A stretch of 61,909 nucleotides of DNA, the filler included. It is 9 parts of 9 records of this genome, joined end to end, with 100 filler letters (N's around TTAATTAATTAA, not from the genome) between each part and the next. Parts side by side here need not be neighbours in the genome. Positions count along the whole stretch, not along the records: positions 17,211 to 22,298 come from SRR31147125_47179; positions 22,399 to 31,005 come from SRR31147125_47209; 7 more parts are not named here. One strand, written 5' to 3'. Under the pieces are notes generated by a model. It searched no databases. It worked only from the letters and a program-made list of their open reading frames with translations, and had not been told where the DNA came from. A program made the position numbers and the translations under genes. Below are positions 20,965 through 29,579 of the stretch, piece after piece; position 1 is the first letter of the stretch, and each line of letters begins with the position of its first letter.

Positions 20965-22224
20965 GTGAATTCGAGAGAAAGAGTGGTGAAATGTCTTAAT
21001 CATACAGCGCCGGATAAAGTTCCCATGGACTTTGGCAGCACAGCTGTGACAGGGATGCATGTGACGTGCGTCGCTGCTTTAAGGGATTATTTCGGCCTTG
21101 AAAAACGGCCTGTTAAGGTGAATGAGCCCTATCAAATGCTGGGAGAAGTTGAAAACGATTTACAGGATGCTCTTGGTATCGATATTACAGGCTTGTATTC
21201 CCCAAACACCATGTTTGGATTTCGTAATGAGAACTGGAAAGGATTCAAGGCGTTATGGGGACAGGAATTACTCGTTTCAGAGCATTTTAACACGATTGTC
21301 GATGAGAATGGTGATCTGCTCATCTATCCCAAAGGTGACAAAAGCGTTCCTGCCAGCGGCCGCATGCCAAAAGCCGGTTATTTCTTTGACACGATCATTC
21401 GCCAGGAACCCATAGAAGAAGACAAGCTGGATCCTCGGGATAATCTGGAAGAATTTGAGTTGATTTCTGATGAGGATCTGGAATACTTTAAAACCGAGCT
21501 ACAAAAAGTTCAGACCTCAGGCAGGTCCATCATTGCCAATTTTGGGGGTACAGCCATTGGTGATATCGCGCTGGTACCCGGGCCCTTTCTGAAACATCCG
21601 AAGGGTATAAGGGATGTTACGGAATGGTACATGTCCACACTCATGCGCCAGGATTATCTGCATAAGATATTTACAGAGCAAACGGACATTGCGCTACAAA
21701 ATCTTGAAAAGATATTCTCCATTGTGGGAAATTCGATCGATGTCCTTTTTATTTGCGGAACGGATTTTGGTACGCAAAATTCCAGTTTTTGTTCGACGGA
21801 GACATTCGACTCTCTTTACGCACCATATTATAAAAAAGTAAACAACTGGATTCACGCAAACACAACCTGGAAAACCTTCAAACATTCCTGTGGCGCTGTG
21901 GAGAATTTTATGCCGCATTTTATCGATGCAGGATTTGATATCATTAATCCGGTGCAATGTTCAGCTACCGGCATGGATCCAAAAACACTGAAGCAACGTT
22001 ATGGCGAGCATCTGGTATTCTGGGGTGGTGGCGTGGATACGCAAAAGACTCTGCCCTTTGGCACCCCGGACGAGGTGCGTAAGCAGGTATTGCAACGGTG
22101 TGAAATTTTTGCTCCCAACGGTGGATTTGTTTTTAATGCCATTCATAATGTACAGGCCAATACACCGGTTGAGAATATTGTGGCTATGATCGATGCTGTA
22201 AAAGAGTTTAATGGGGATTTGTAA
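20965..22224 (+). CDS. Uroporphyrinogen decarboxylase family (MtaA/CmuA-like) protein
   Basis: MNSRERV...PDKVPMDFG, CGTDFG, FKHSCG, INPVQ, FWGGGVDTQKTLPFGTP, GGFVFNAIHNVQ. Confidence 0.88.
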   Translation: MNSRERVVKCLNHTAPDKVPMDFGSTAVTGMHVTCVAALRDYFGLEKRPVKVNEPYQMLGEVENDLQDALGIDITGLYSPNTMFGFRNENWKGFKALWGQELLVSEHFNTIVDENGDLLIYPKGDKSVPASGRMPKAGYFFDTIIRQEPIEEDKLDPRDNLEEFELISDEDLEYFKTELQKVQTSGRSIIANFGGTAIGDIALVPGPFLKHPKGIRDVTEWYMSTLMRQDYLHKIFTEQTDIALQNLEKIFSIVGNSIDVLFICGTDFGTQNSSFCSTETFDSLYAPYYKKVNNWIHANTTWKTFKHSCGAVENFMPHFIDAGFDIINPVQCSATGMDPKTLKQRYGEHLVFWGGGVDTQKTLPFGTPDEVRKQVLQRCEIFAPNGGFVFNAIHNVQANTPVENIVAMIDAVKEFNGDL

Positions 22225-22298
22225 GCGAAAATAGCAGGATAATCGGTTATTCAATATGCATTCTCGGTTCAATCTGCGTCCCAAATTGAAATTTGGGA

Positions 22299-22398
22299 NN
22301 NNNNNNNNNNNNNNNNNNNNNNNNNNNNNNNNNNNNNNNNNNTTAATTAATTAANNNNNNNNNNNNNNNNNNNNNNNNNNNNNNNNNNNNNNNNNNNN
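22299..22398. other. Artificial contig spacer 3
   Basis: N44-TTAATTAATTAA-N44. Confidence 0.99.
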
Positions 22399-22837
22399 CT
22401 TTATCCAGCCCACCCAGAGCATGCGGGATTTTGCCGTTCGGATCAAACTCAACCCGGTTCGGGAGTTGATCCGGAATAAGGAGATCATCATCATCGAAGA
22501 CTCCATCATCCGAGGCACCACCGCAAAAACCAGGGTGCAGGCCCTGAGGGATCTGGGAGCAAAAAAGGTGCACATGCGGATCAGTTGCCCGCCCCATCGA
22601 TTCCCCTGCTACTACGGAATCGACTTTTCCACCAAAGGGGAACTTGTGGCTGCCTCCAAAACCGAAGAGGAACTGACAAGTTTTCTAGGCCTGGATACCC
22701 TTCATTATCTGACCATTGAAGGCATGCTGGAAGCCAGCGGTGTGGAACATGCGGAAAACAACTTCTGCAAAGCCTGCTTTGACGGATCATATCCCATTGC
22801 ATTCGATCCCAACCTCTCTAAACAATGCATGGGATAA
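22399..22837 (+). CDS. purF: Amidophosphoribosyltransferase, C-terminal part (5' truncated)
   Basis: FIQPTQ..R...VRIKLNP, PRPP motif IIEDSIIRGTT, PCYYGIDF, FCKACFDGSYP. Confidence 0.95.
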
Positions 22838-22839
22838 CA

Positions 22840-23910
22840 ATGAAAAAGAGAACCGTTGCATTTTCAAAGGATTCATCCAACCTGTTTTTTCATATTTTGA
22901 CAAAATGCAATCTTTCCTGTCGTCACTGCTATATCAATCCCGAACAACATGGCGGGACGACCCTTCCCATCGATACGATCCGAAACTGGCTCCATCTTTT
23001 CTCTGAAAAATGCGACACCATCAACGTTATTTTTTTAGGGGGAGAGCCCACCCTCCACCCGGATCTCTACCTGGCGGTCAAAGAAGCCAAATCACTCGGC
23101 TTCAAATCGATTACCATAGACACCAACGGCTATCTTTTTCATGATATTCTAAAGAAAGTTTCCCCGGATGAAGTGGACTTCATCAGTTTTTCATTAGACG
23201 GTGCCACTGAAGCAACCAATGACGGAATCCGGGGAAAGGGATGTTATCAAGCCGTACTGAACGGGATTGATGACGCAGTGAACGCCGGTTTTTCCACCTC
23301 CATGATCTACACGGTGAGTGGTGAAAACATTCATGAACTCCCCAGGATGCCGGACATACTGAAAGCGCTGAAAATCAACCGTTTTTTTATCCAGGTCATC
23401 GGCATCCGGGGGAACTCCACCGACATCACCGCCATGGCACATCCGCCGCTATCGGATAGCGGCGCCTCACTCCCGGTCGACGGCTCCCCACCATCCTCTC
23501 CATCCCTCCAGTTGACAAAATCACAATGGCTGGAAACGGTTCCCGACGTGGCTGCCCAAGTGGCGGACTTAGGCATTACCGTCACCTGGCCCAAAGTATT
23601 CTTAAAAGATGATGAGCCGTTCGAATGTGCGGGCCTTGTGGCGGATAATTACTTTATCTTCCCCAATGGACGCGTCTATCGCTGTCCCCTCTGTGAAGAT
23701 CATCCCATCCATAGCCTGACCCTTCAAAACAACCAAATTGTGACCACTCCGCAAATTAATGAAGCCGACCTGTTCAATCTGAGGATCCCCGAAGGATGCG
23801 TCATGAACAAATTGATTCAGCCGGGTAATCTTGCCTACAATGAGGATGGCAGCCCCTGCCATCAAATTGCGTGCTGCATGCTCAAAGAGGAAATCAGTCC
23901 ACTCAACTGA
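22840..23910 (+). CDS. Radical SAM protein with a C-terminal SPASM/twitch-like Cys cluster
   Basis: CNLSCRHC, GGEP, DTNG, SLDG, CAGL...NGRVYRCPLC, terminal CHQIACC. Confidence 0.9.
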   Translation: MKKRTVAFSKDSSNLFFHILTKCNLSCRHCYINPEQHGGTTLPIDTIRNWLHLFSEKCDTINVIFLGGEPTLHPDLYLAVKEAKSLGFKSITIDTNGYLFHDILKKVSPDEVDFISFSLDGATEATNDGIRGKGCYQAVLNGIDDAVNAGFSTSMIYTVSGENIHELPRMPDILKALKINRFFIQVIGIRGNSTDITAMAHPPLSDSGASLPVDGSPPSSPSLQLTKSQWLETVPDVAAQVADLGITVTWPKVFLKDDEPFECAGLVADNYFIFPNGRVYRCPLCEDHPIHSLTLQNNQIVTTPQINEADLFNLRIPEGCVMNKLIQPGNLAYNEDGSPCHQIACCMLKEEISPLN

Positions 23911-23945
23911 AATTAACATTGTTGCAGCATGTGAAAGGATCGACC

Positions 23946-24800
23946 GTGACCCCATATCAAGAAAACGTACTGGACTGTGCAGAATTTATTCTCCAACGTG
24001 TGGATACGCTTCCCAAGATTGCTTTTCTGACCGGTACCGGTCTTGGAGAGAGCATCTCATCCATGGACGTCTCCCACACCATCCCTTATGCAGACATTCC
24101 CCACTTCCCGATTTCAACGGTGGACAGCCATGCCGGCAATCTCATTTTCGGCACCCTCGAAACCATCCCTTTGATGGTGATGCAAGGCCGATTTCATCTC
24201 TATGAAGGGTACACCCCACTTGAAGTGACCTTTCCCATTCGGGTGATGCAGGAGCTGGGAATCAAGACGCTCATTATCAGCAATGCATCCGGAGGGCTCA
24301 ATCCGGAGTTTTCATCCGGAGATATTATGGTGATCACCGATCACATCAACCTGACCGGCCAAAATCCCCTAAGAGGTCCCAACCCTGACGAATGGGGCAT
24401 TCGATTCCCTGATATGACCCAGGTGTATGATCAGTCTCTTGCGGCATTGGCGGTGGCGTGCGCGAAAAAGGTCTCCATGACGAATACGAATGAACAACAG
24501 ACCCGACCGCTCTATCTACAGCAGGGCGTGTATGCCGGGCTGATGGGTCCCTCTCTGGAAACACCGGCCGAGACACGATACCTCAAAACCATTGGCGCCG
24601 ATGCCGTAGGGTTCTCTACTGTGATGGAAGCCATTGCCGCGGTTCACGCCGGGATGAAAATTCTCGGCCTTGCCACCATTACAAATATCAACAATCCCGA
24701 TGCACCGGAAAAAGCGTCACTTGAAGCGATCATTCATGTGGCTCAAACCGCCTCGGCAACCCTCAATCGATTACTGACAACACTTCTGCCAAAACTATAA
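23946..24800 (+). CDS. Purine-nucleoside phosphorylase (trimeric PNP-I/XapA type)
   Basis: IPYADIPHFPISTV, QGRFHLYEGY, SNASGGLN, DHINLTG, GPSLETPAE; likely GTG start at 23946 after AAGGA. Confidence 0.92.
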   Translation: MTPYQENVLDCAEFILQRVDTLPKIAFLTGTGLGESISSMDVSHTIPYADIPHFPISTVDSHAGNLIFGTLETIPLMVMQGRFHLYEGYTPLEVTFPIRVMQELGIKTLIISNASGGLNPEFSSGDIMVITDHINLTGQNPLRGPNPDEWGIRFPDMTQVYDQSLAALAVACAKKVSMTNTNEQQTRPLYLQQGVYAGLMGPSLETPAETRYLKTIGADAVGFSTVMEAIAAVHAGMKILGLATITNINNPDAPEKASLEAIIHVAQTASATLNRLLTTLLPKL

Positions 24801-24815
24801 GCAATAGGGAAATCA

Positions 24816-26162
24816 ATGAGTGAAATCGTTCTGATCACCATCAGCGGTAAGGATCGAAAGGGTATCAATAGCCACTTTACCCACATCTTAGCTCAATACA
24901 ACGTCAATATCCTGGACATCGGCCAATCCGTCATCCATGAGCAGATTCTTCTGGGTATTCTTGTGGAAATTCCCGCCCCAAAGGATTTCTCATCCATCTT
25001 CAAAGATATGCTCTATGAAGGCCACACCATGGCATTGCATGTGGATATCAAGCCGGTTGAGGCCGAACATTACAACGCATGGGTAAAAGAGCAGGGAAAA
25101 GAACGAAGAATCATTACGCTGTTAGGTAAACGCATCTCGGCAGATCAAATCTCAAAGGTGACATCGGTCATTGCAGAACACGGCCTCAATATCGATCGCA
25201 TTTCACGACTGACCGGTAGAGTCCCTCTGGATCATCATCACTCGGACAATAACGAAAATGCATCGCCCATTCCTTCCGACGGCACAGATAGCGCCCTCGC
25301 CTCAACGTCCGCAATACCAAATCCTTTGCCGAGCCTCCCCCTCCACACGACATCCCATAAAAAAGCCAGAGCATGCATTCAACTTTGCGTTAGCGGCAAA
25401 CCCGCCGACCTCACCTTGATGAGAACCGGATTGATGGAGATCTCCCGGACAACCGGCATCGATATTTCCTTTCATATGGAAAGTGTCAACAGTAAAAATA
25501 GAAAGCTGGTGGTCTTTGACATGGACTCCACGCTGATTCAGGCTGAGGTGATCGATGAGTTGGCCAAGATTGCCGGAGCCGGAGAACAGGTGGCGGCCAT
25601 TACGGAAAGAGCCATGCGGGGAGAAATCGACTTTAAAGAGAGTTTCCGGCAACGGGTCGCCCAACTGAAAGGACTACCGGAAGAAGAACTGGAATCTTTG
25701 GCAAGACGATTGCCTCTTTCCGAAGGGGTTGAGCTGGTGGCCCAAACGTTAAAAGAGCTGGGCTACAAACTGGGGATTCTCTCCGGTGGCTTTACCTTTA
25801 TGGGGCACTACCTAAAAAATATGTTGAATTTTGACTATATGTATGCCAATGAACTGGATATCGAAAATGGAAAAGTAACCGGTAAAGTCAAAGGCGATAT
25901 TGTTGATGGAGAAGCCAAAGCAAGACTGCTTCGCGAGCTTGCCCGACAAGAGGAGATATCGCTGGAACAGACCATTGCCGTAGGAGACGGCGCAAACGAC
26001 CTTCCCATGCTCACCATAGCCGGACTGGGTGTCGCTTATAATGCCAAACCTGTGGTGAGAGAGAGAGCTGCCGGGGCCATTTCCCATGTAGGCCTTGACG
26101 GTCTGCTCTATCTGATTGGATTACATGACAGGGAGATCAATGGAAAACATAAAACCGCATAG
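24816..26162 (+). CDS. serB: Phosphoserine phosphatase with ACT domains
   Basis: N-terminal ACT (ITISGKDRKG, ILDIGQSVIH), HAD motif FDMDSTL, SGGF, VGDGANDLPML. Confidence 0.95.
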   Translation: MSEIVLITISGKDRKGINSHFTHILAQYNVNILDIGQSVIHEQILLGILVEIPAPKDFSSIFKDMLYEGHTMALHVDIKPVEAEHYNAWVKEQGKERRIITLLGKRISADQISKVTSVIAEHGLNIDRISRLTGRVPLDHHHSDNNENASPIPSDGTDSALASTSAIPNPLPSLPLHTTSHKKARACIQLCVSGKPADLTLMRTGLMEISRTTGIDISFHMESVNSKNRKLVVFDMDSTLIQAEVIDELAKIAGAGEQVAAITERAMRGEIDFKESFRQRVAQLKGLPEEELESLARRLPLSEGVELVAQTLKELGYKLGILSGGFTFMGHYLKNMLNFDYMYANELDIENGKVTGKVKGDIVDGEAKARLLRELARQEEISLEQTIAVGDGANDLPMLTIAGLGVAYNAKPVVRERAAGAISHVGLDGLLYLIGLHDREINGKHKTA

Positions 26163-27660
26163 CGACCCTCTGCTGCCCCAGGGGAGTATGACCGATATCC
26201 CCTCCCATATGATAGACATCCTTCTCAACGTTATTATCGATGTCATGGAGGCGGAAAGCGGCTCCATCATGATGACCGGAAAGATGAGCGACGAGCTCAA
26301 AATTGAAAGTGCCAAGGGATTGAGGGATGAAATCATCCACCATGCCAGGGTGAAGTTGGGAACCGGTATTTCAGGTAAAGTCGCAATGAGAGGCAAGCCG
26401 CTATTAATTGAAAAAGAGGCGAAAGAGCGGCGGGATTCAGTCGACGCCATCGATCTTGTAAAGGACAGTGATGATGTGTCCTATATCATCCCCATCTCTC
26501 TTTATGACGGAACGATTGGAACGGTCAACATCAACTCCGTAAAAGCCCCTCCGGAGCAACTGGAAGAGAAGTATGAACTGATTCAAGAGATCATGACACG
26601 ATTTTGTGAGTATCTTCTTCTGACCGATCTGCCAGATCCTAAAACCGAGCCCCCCTCCCAACTCTATATGATGAACATTTTCCGGGAATACAATCTTCTA
26701 CGGGAGTTTCGGATTGTTTTTGATTACATTTTTCAACTCATTACAGATATTACCGGAATTCAGAAAAAAGGGGTATTTTGCCTGAAAAACGAAGAGTCCG
26801 GCTTTTTCGATCTTGTGCTGGGCTATGGATTCGAAACCCATAATTATAGAGATATTTATGAAGATCTGATTCCGTGTCTGAAAGCACCTGATGTGGATTC
26901 CGAGGATAACATCAGAATTTTCAATAAAAACGATCTTTCTTTGACTGCCCGTCACTTTCAAGAAAACTATCTGATTCTTTTTCCCCTTGCCATTCAAAAT
27001 GATATTACCGATATTAAAGGGCAACTGGTGTTACTCAACGATGAGCCACCGGAGCGGGTCGACACCCAAAAATCGATATTGAAAACCATTTGCAGTATTG
27101 CAGCCAAGATCATCGACAAATCGAGTTCCAGTCGATATTATCATGATCTTACCTACACCGACAGTCTAACCGGTACTTACAACTACGGACTCTGGTGGAA
27201 AAGACTTCATGAAGAGTACAGTCGCTTTACTCGGGAAAAGGACATGAGGCTCTCTTTGTTGCTTCTGGATGTGGATCAGCTGAATAAAATCAATCAATCT
27301 CATGGATATATGGCGGGAGATCAACTGCTTCGATTCATTGCAGACAAAATTTTATGTTGTGTGCGCTCAAATGATATTGTGGGCAGAATCGGAGGGGAGG
27401 AGTTCGGGGTTATTTTGCTGCAATCGAGTAAGGAATCCGCATCCATGATCGCCCAACGCATTTTAAATGCCGTCTCCGTCATCCCCAGAGAGATGAATCT
27501 CGATTTTAAATCTTCCGTGACATTGAGCGGTGGCATTGCCAGCCTTCCGGAAGATGCGGACACTCCCGATTCTCTTGTGGAAAAGGCGCAGACGGCCATG
27601 CTTTCCGCCAAAATCATGGGAGGAAATCAAATTAAAACATTTGATACACTGGAGGAATAA
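26140..27660 (+). CDS. GAF-containing diguanylate cyclase (GGEEF)
   Basis: GAF (SGSIMM...GTGISGKVA), DSLTGTYN, I-site RSND five residues before GGEEF; RBS GGGAG before ATG 26140. Confidence 0.88.
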   Translation: MENIKPHSDPLLPQGSMTDIPSHMIDILLNVIIDVMEAESGSIMMTGKMSDELKIESAKGLRDEIIHHARVKLGTGISGKVAMRGKPLLIEKEAKERRDSVDAIDLVKDSDDVSYIIPISLYDGTIGTVNINSVKAPPEQLEEKYELIQEIMTRFCEYLLLTDLPDPKTEPPSQLYMMNIFREYNLLREFRIVFDYIFQLITDITGIQKKGVFCLKNEESGFFDLVLGYGFETHNYRDIYEDLIPCLKAPDVDSEDNIRIFNKNDLSLTARHFQENYLILFPLAIQNDITDIKGQLVLLNDEPPERVDTQKSILKTICSIAAKIIDKSSSSRYYHDLTYTDSLTGTYNYGLWWKRLHEEYSRFTREKDMRLSLLLLDVDQLNKINQSHGYMAGDQLLRFIADKILCCVRSNDIVGRIGGEEFGVILLQSSKESASMIAQRILNAVSVIPREMNLDFKSSVTLSGGIASLPEDADTPDSLVEKAQTAMLSAKIMGGNQIKTFDTLEE

Positions 27661-27770
27661 CCCATTTTATTTTCAGTTCGAACGACAACCGGTTTTCTCT
27701 CGATCCTTTTTATCGACACTGTTTTGGCTTTTTTTGTCTACACCTTCTCCTCCCATTTAAATTTGGACAA

Positions 27771-29054
27771 TTGGACCAGATTCTGCTTTCCGTGGTCAGT
27801 AGTAATGTCGTATATTCAATTTTGACATTGCTATTACTGCTGTCACTTGCCATCCATCGGCTTTATCAGCCGATGGAGTTCATCCACCTTTTTGACCTTG
27901 TCAAAAAAATTATTCCATCCTTTATTACCGGCCTATTTTTTCTATCCAGTTTTTTCTTCTTTTCCAACGGATGCATCGATTTAATCGATAAAAGCTGGCA
28001 TCTACTTCCCCCGCTCATAGCATTCTTTTCATTACTATTTTTATTTCGCATTTTTGCCTTTTATATCATACGGGAGAACAGAGAAAAAATTTTGCTTCTA
28101 GGGATCTCTCAGCAAGCACGAGACCTTATTTCCCAACTTCAACAGAGTAAAATTAGGGGATATGACATTGTTGGCGTTGCCACTGCCATGGAATCACAAC
28201 TCAATACTCACATTTTGAACACCCCGGTTCTTGGACATATCAATCAGATTGACGCGATCATATCGAGCCATACCATCGATACCATCGTTATTACGTTACG
28301 AGACAGACGCAGAAAGTTGCCGGTGGAAAATCTTCTACTGTGTAAATTTAAAAATTTCAGAATTTTTGAAGGCGCCCTCTTCTATGAAACCGTAAAAAGA
28401 AAAATCCTGATTGATGATTATTTCAAACCCAGCTGGTTTATTTTTGAAGAAGGATTTCACTATACGTCATTGCATGAATTCTTGAAGCGCGCTCAAGGAT
28501 TGTCTGTCTCAATATTGTTGTTACTCCTGTTTTTTCCGATTTTGCTTATCACCGCTATTTTGATCAAATTGGAATCTCCCGGTCCGATTTTTTATATTCA
28601 GGAACGAATTGGTCATTTGGGCACCCCCTTTAAGCTATTAAAATTCAGATCTATGACAAATCGCGCAGAAAAGGAGTCCGGACCACAGTTTGCGACCAAA
28701 GGCGATATGCGGGTCACCCGAATAGGAAAATTGATCAGAAAAATCCGGCTGGATGAAGCGCCGCAACTGATTAATATTTTTATGGGAGACATGGATCTTG
28801 TGGGCCCGCGTCCGGAAAGGGAAATTTTTGTCAAAGAGCTGGAAAAAATCGCACCCTATTACGCACTACGTCACTCCGTGAGACCCGGTTTGACCGGTTG
28901 GGCGCAAGTAAACTACCCATATGGCGAAAATTTTGAAGACAGCAAGGAAAAATTGAAATATGACCTATATTATATAAAACACTACTCTTCCTACTTAGAT
29001 TTGCAAATCATTCTTATGACAGTGAGAGAAATTCTATTTGCAAAAGGACATTGA
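27771..29054 (+). CDS. Polyprenyl glycosylphosphotransferase (priming sugar transferase, exopolysaccharide type); true start uncertain
   Basis: IKLESPGPIFYIQERIG, KFRSM, RVTRIGK..RKIRLDEAPQ, VGPRPE, RPGLTGWAQV, KLKYDLYYIK. Confidence 0.93.
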   Translation: MDQILLSVVSSNVVYSILTLLLLLSLAIHRLYQPMEFIHLFDLVKKIIPSFITGLFFLSSFFFFSNGCIDLIDKSWHLLPPLIAFFSLLFLFRIFAFYIIRENREKILLLGISQQARDLISQLQQSKIRGYDIVGVATAMESQLNTHILNTPVLGHINQIDAIISSHTIDTIVITLRDRRRKLPVENLLLCKFKNFRIFEGALFYETVKRKILIDDYFKPSWFIFEEGFHYTSLHEFLKRAQGLSVSILLLLLFFPILLITAILIKLESPGPIFYIQERIGHLGTPFKLLKFRSMTNRAEKESGPQFATKGDMRVTRIGKLIRKIRLDEAPQLINIFMGDMDLVGPRPEREIFVKELEKIAPYYALRHSVRPGLTGWAQVNYPYGENFEDSKEKLKYDLYYIKHYSSYLDLQIILMTVREILFAKGH

Positions 29055-29185
29055 GAGCATATTTTTTGCATAGCTTATAACTTACTAAGTTAACTCTTTT
29101 TTCAGTTGAAATTCCATCGCCATGGCTGACAAGTGTAAAAAATATAATCCGGAGATACTCTCATCATATTATCGGAGGAAACTCA

Positions 29186-29565
29186 ATGAACCAACTAAAA
29201 GAACGCAGAAAATATGAACGTTTCGAGGCACATGACGGCGCTTTTGCGGCGATCAGCCCCAACTCTTACAAATTAGGCCAAATTATCAATATCAGTAGGG
29301 GGGGCTTGCGTTTCAATATATAGACACCAAGAATCGAATTAGTGACAACAACGAAGAGAGCCACATTTTTTTAAGTAGCAAAGATCATTACGTACGAGGA
29401 ATTCCGTTTAAACCCGTATCGGATCGACCACTTCCCAACAACAATCCATTCAGCACGCTAAAAATGCGACAATGTTCCATTCAATTTGAAGACCTAGATA
29501 TGGAACAATTGATTAATTTGGACAATTACATCCTTAACAATACAAATAAGTATGCCCATTCATAA
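29186..29565 (+). CDS. Stand-alone PilZ-domain protein; split by a 1-nt deletion in the G7 run at 29298-29304; not in the ORF track
   Basis: RBS GGAGG. MNQLKERRKYERFEAHDGAFAAISPNSYKLGQIINISRGG(+G)LAFQYIDTK...KMRQCSIQFEDLDMEQLINLDNYI; carries the RxxxR and NxSxxG motifs. Confidence 0.88.
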
Positions 29566-29579
29566 CCCCACTTTTTTTG

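Noticed and set aside
22279..22298. Palindrome TCCCAAATT-GA-AATTTGGGA at the contig end as an IS end
   Set aside because: Truncated by the spacer, with no transposase or second copy visible.
22840..23910. Radical SAM as a prokaryotic viperin
   Set aside because: Only a superficial FH...CN motif match. The lysines I recall binding the triphosphate in viperins (KINF, FKIN, RWK) are absent, and it has a SPASM-like Cys tail. An HMM search would settle it.
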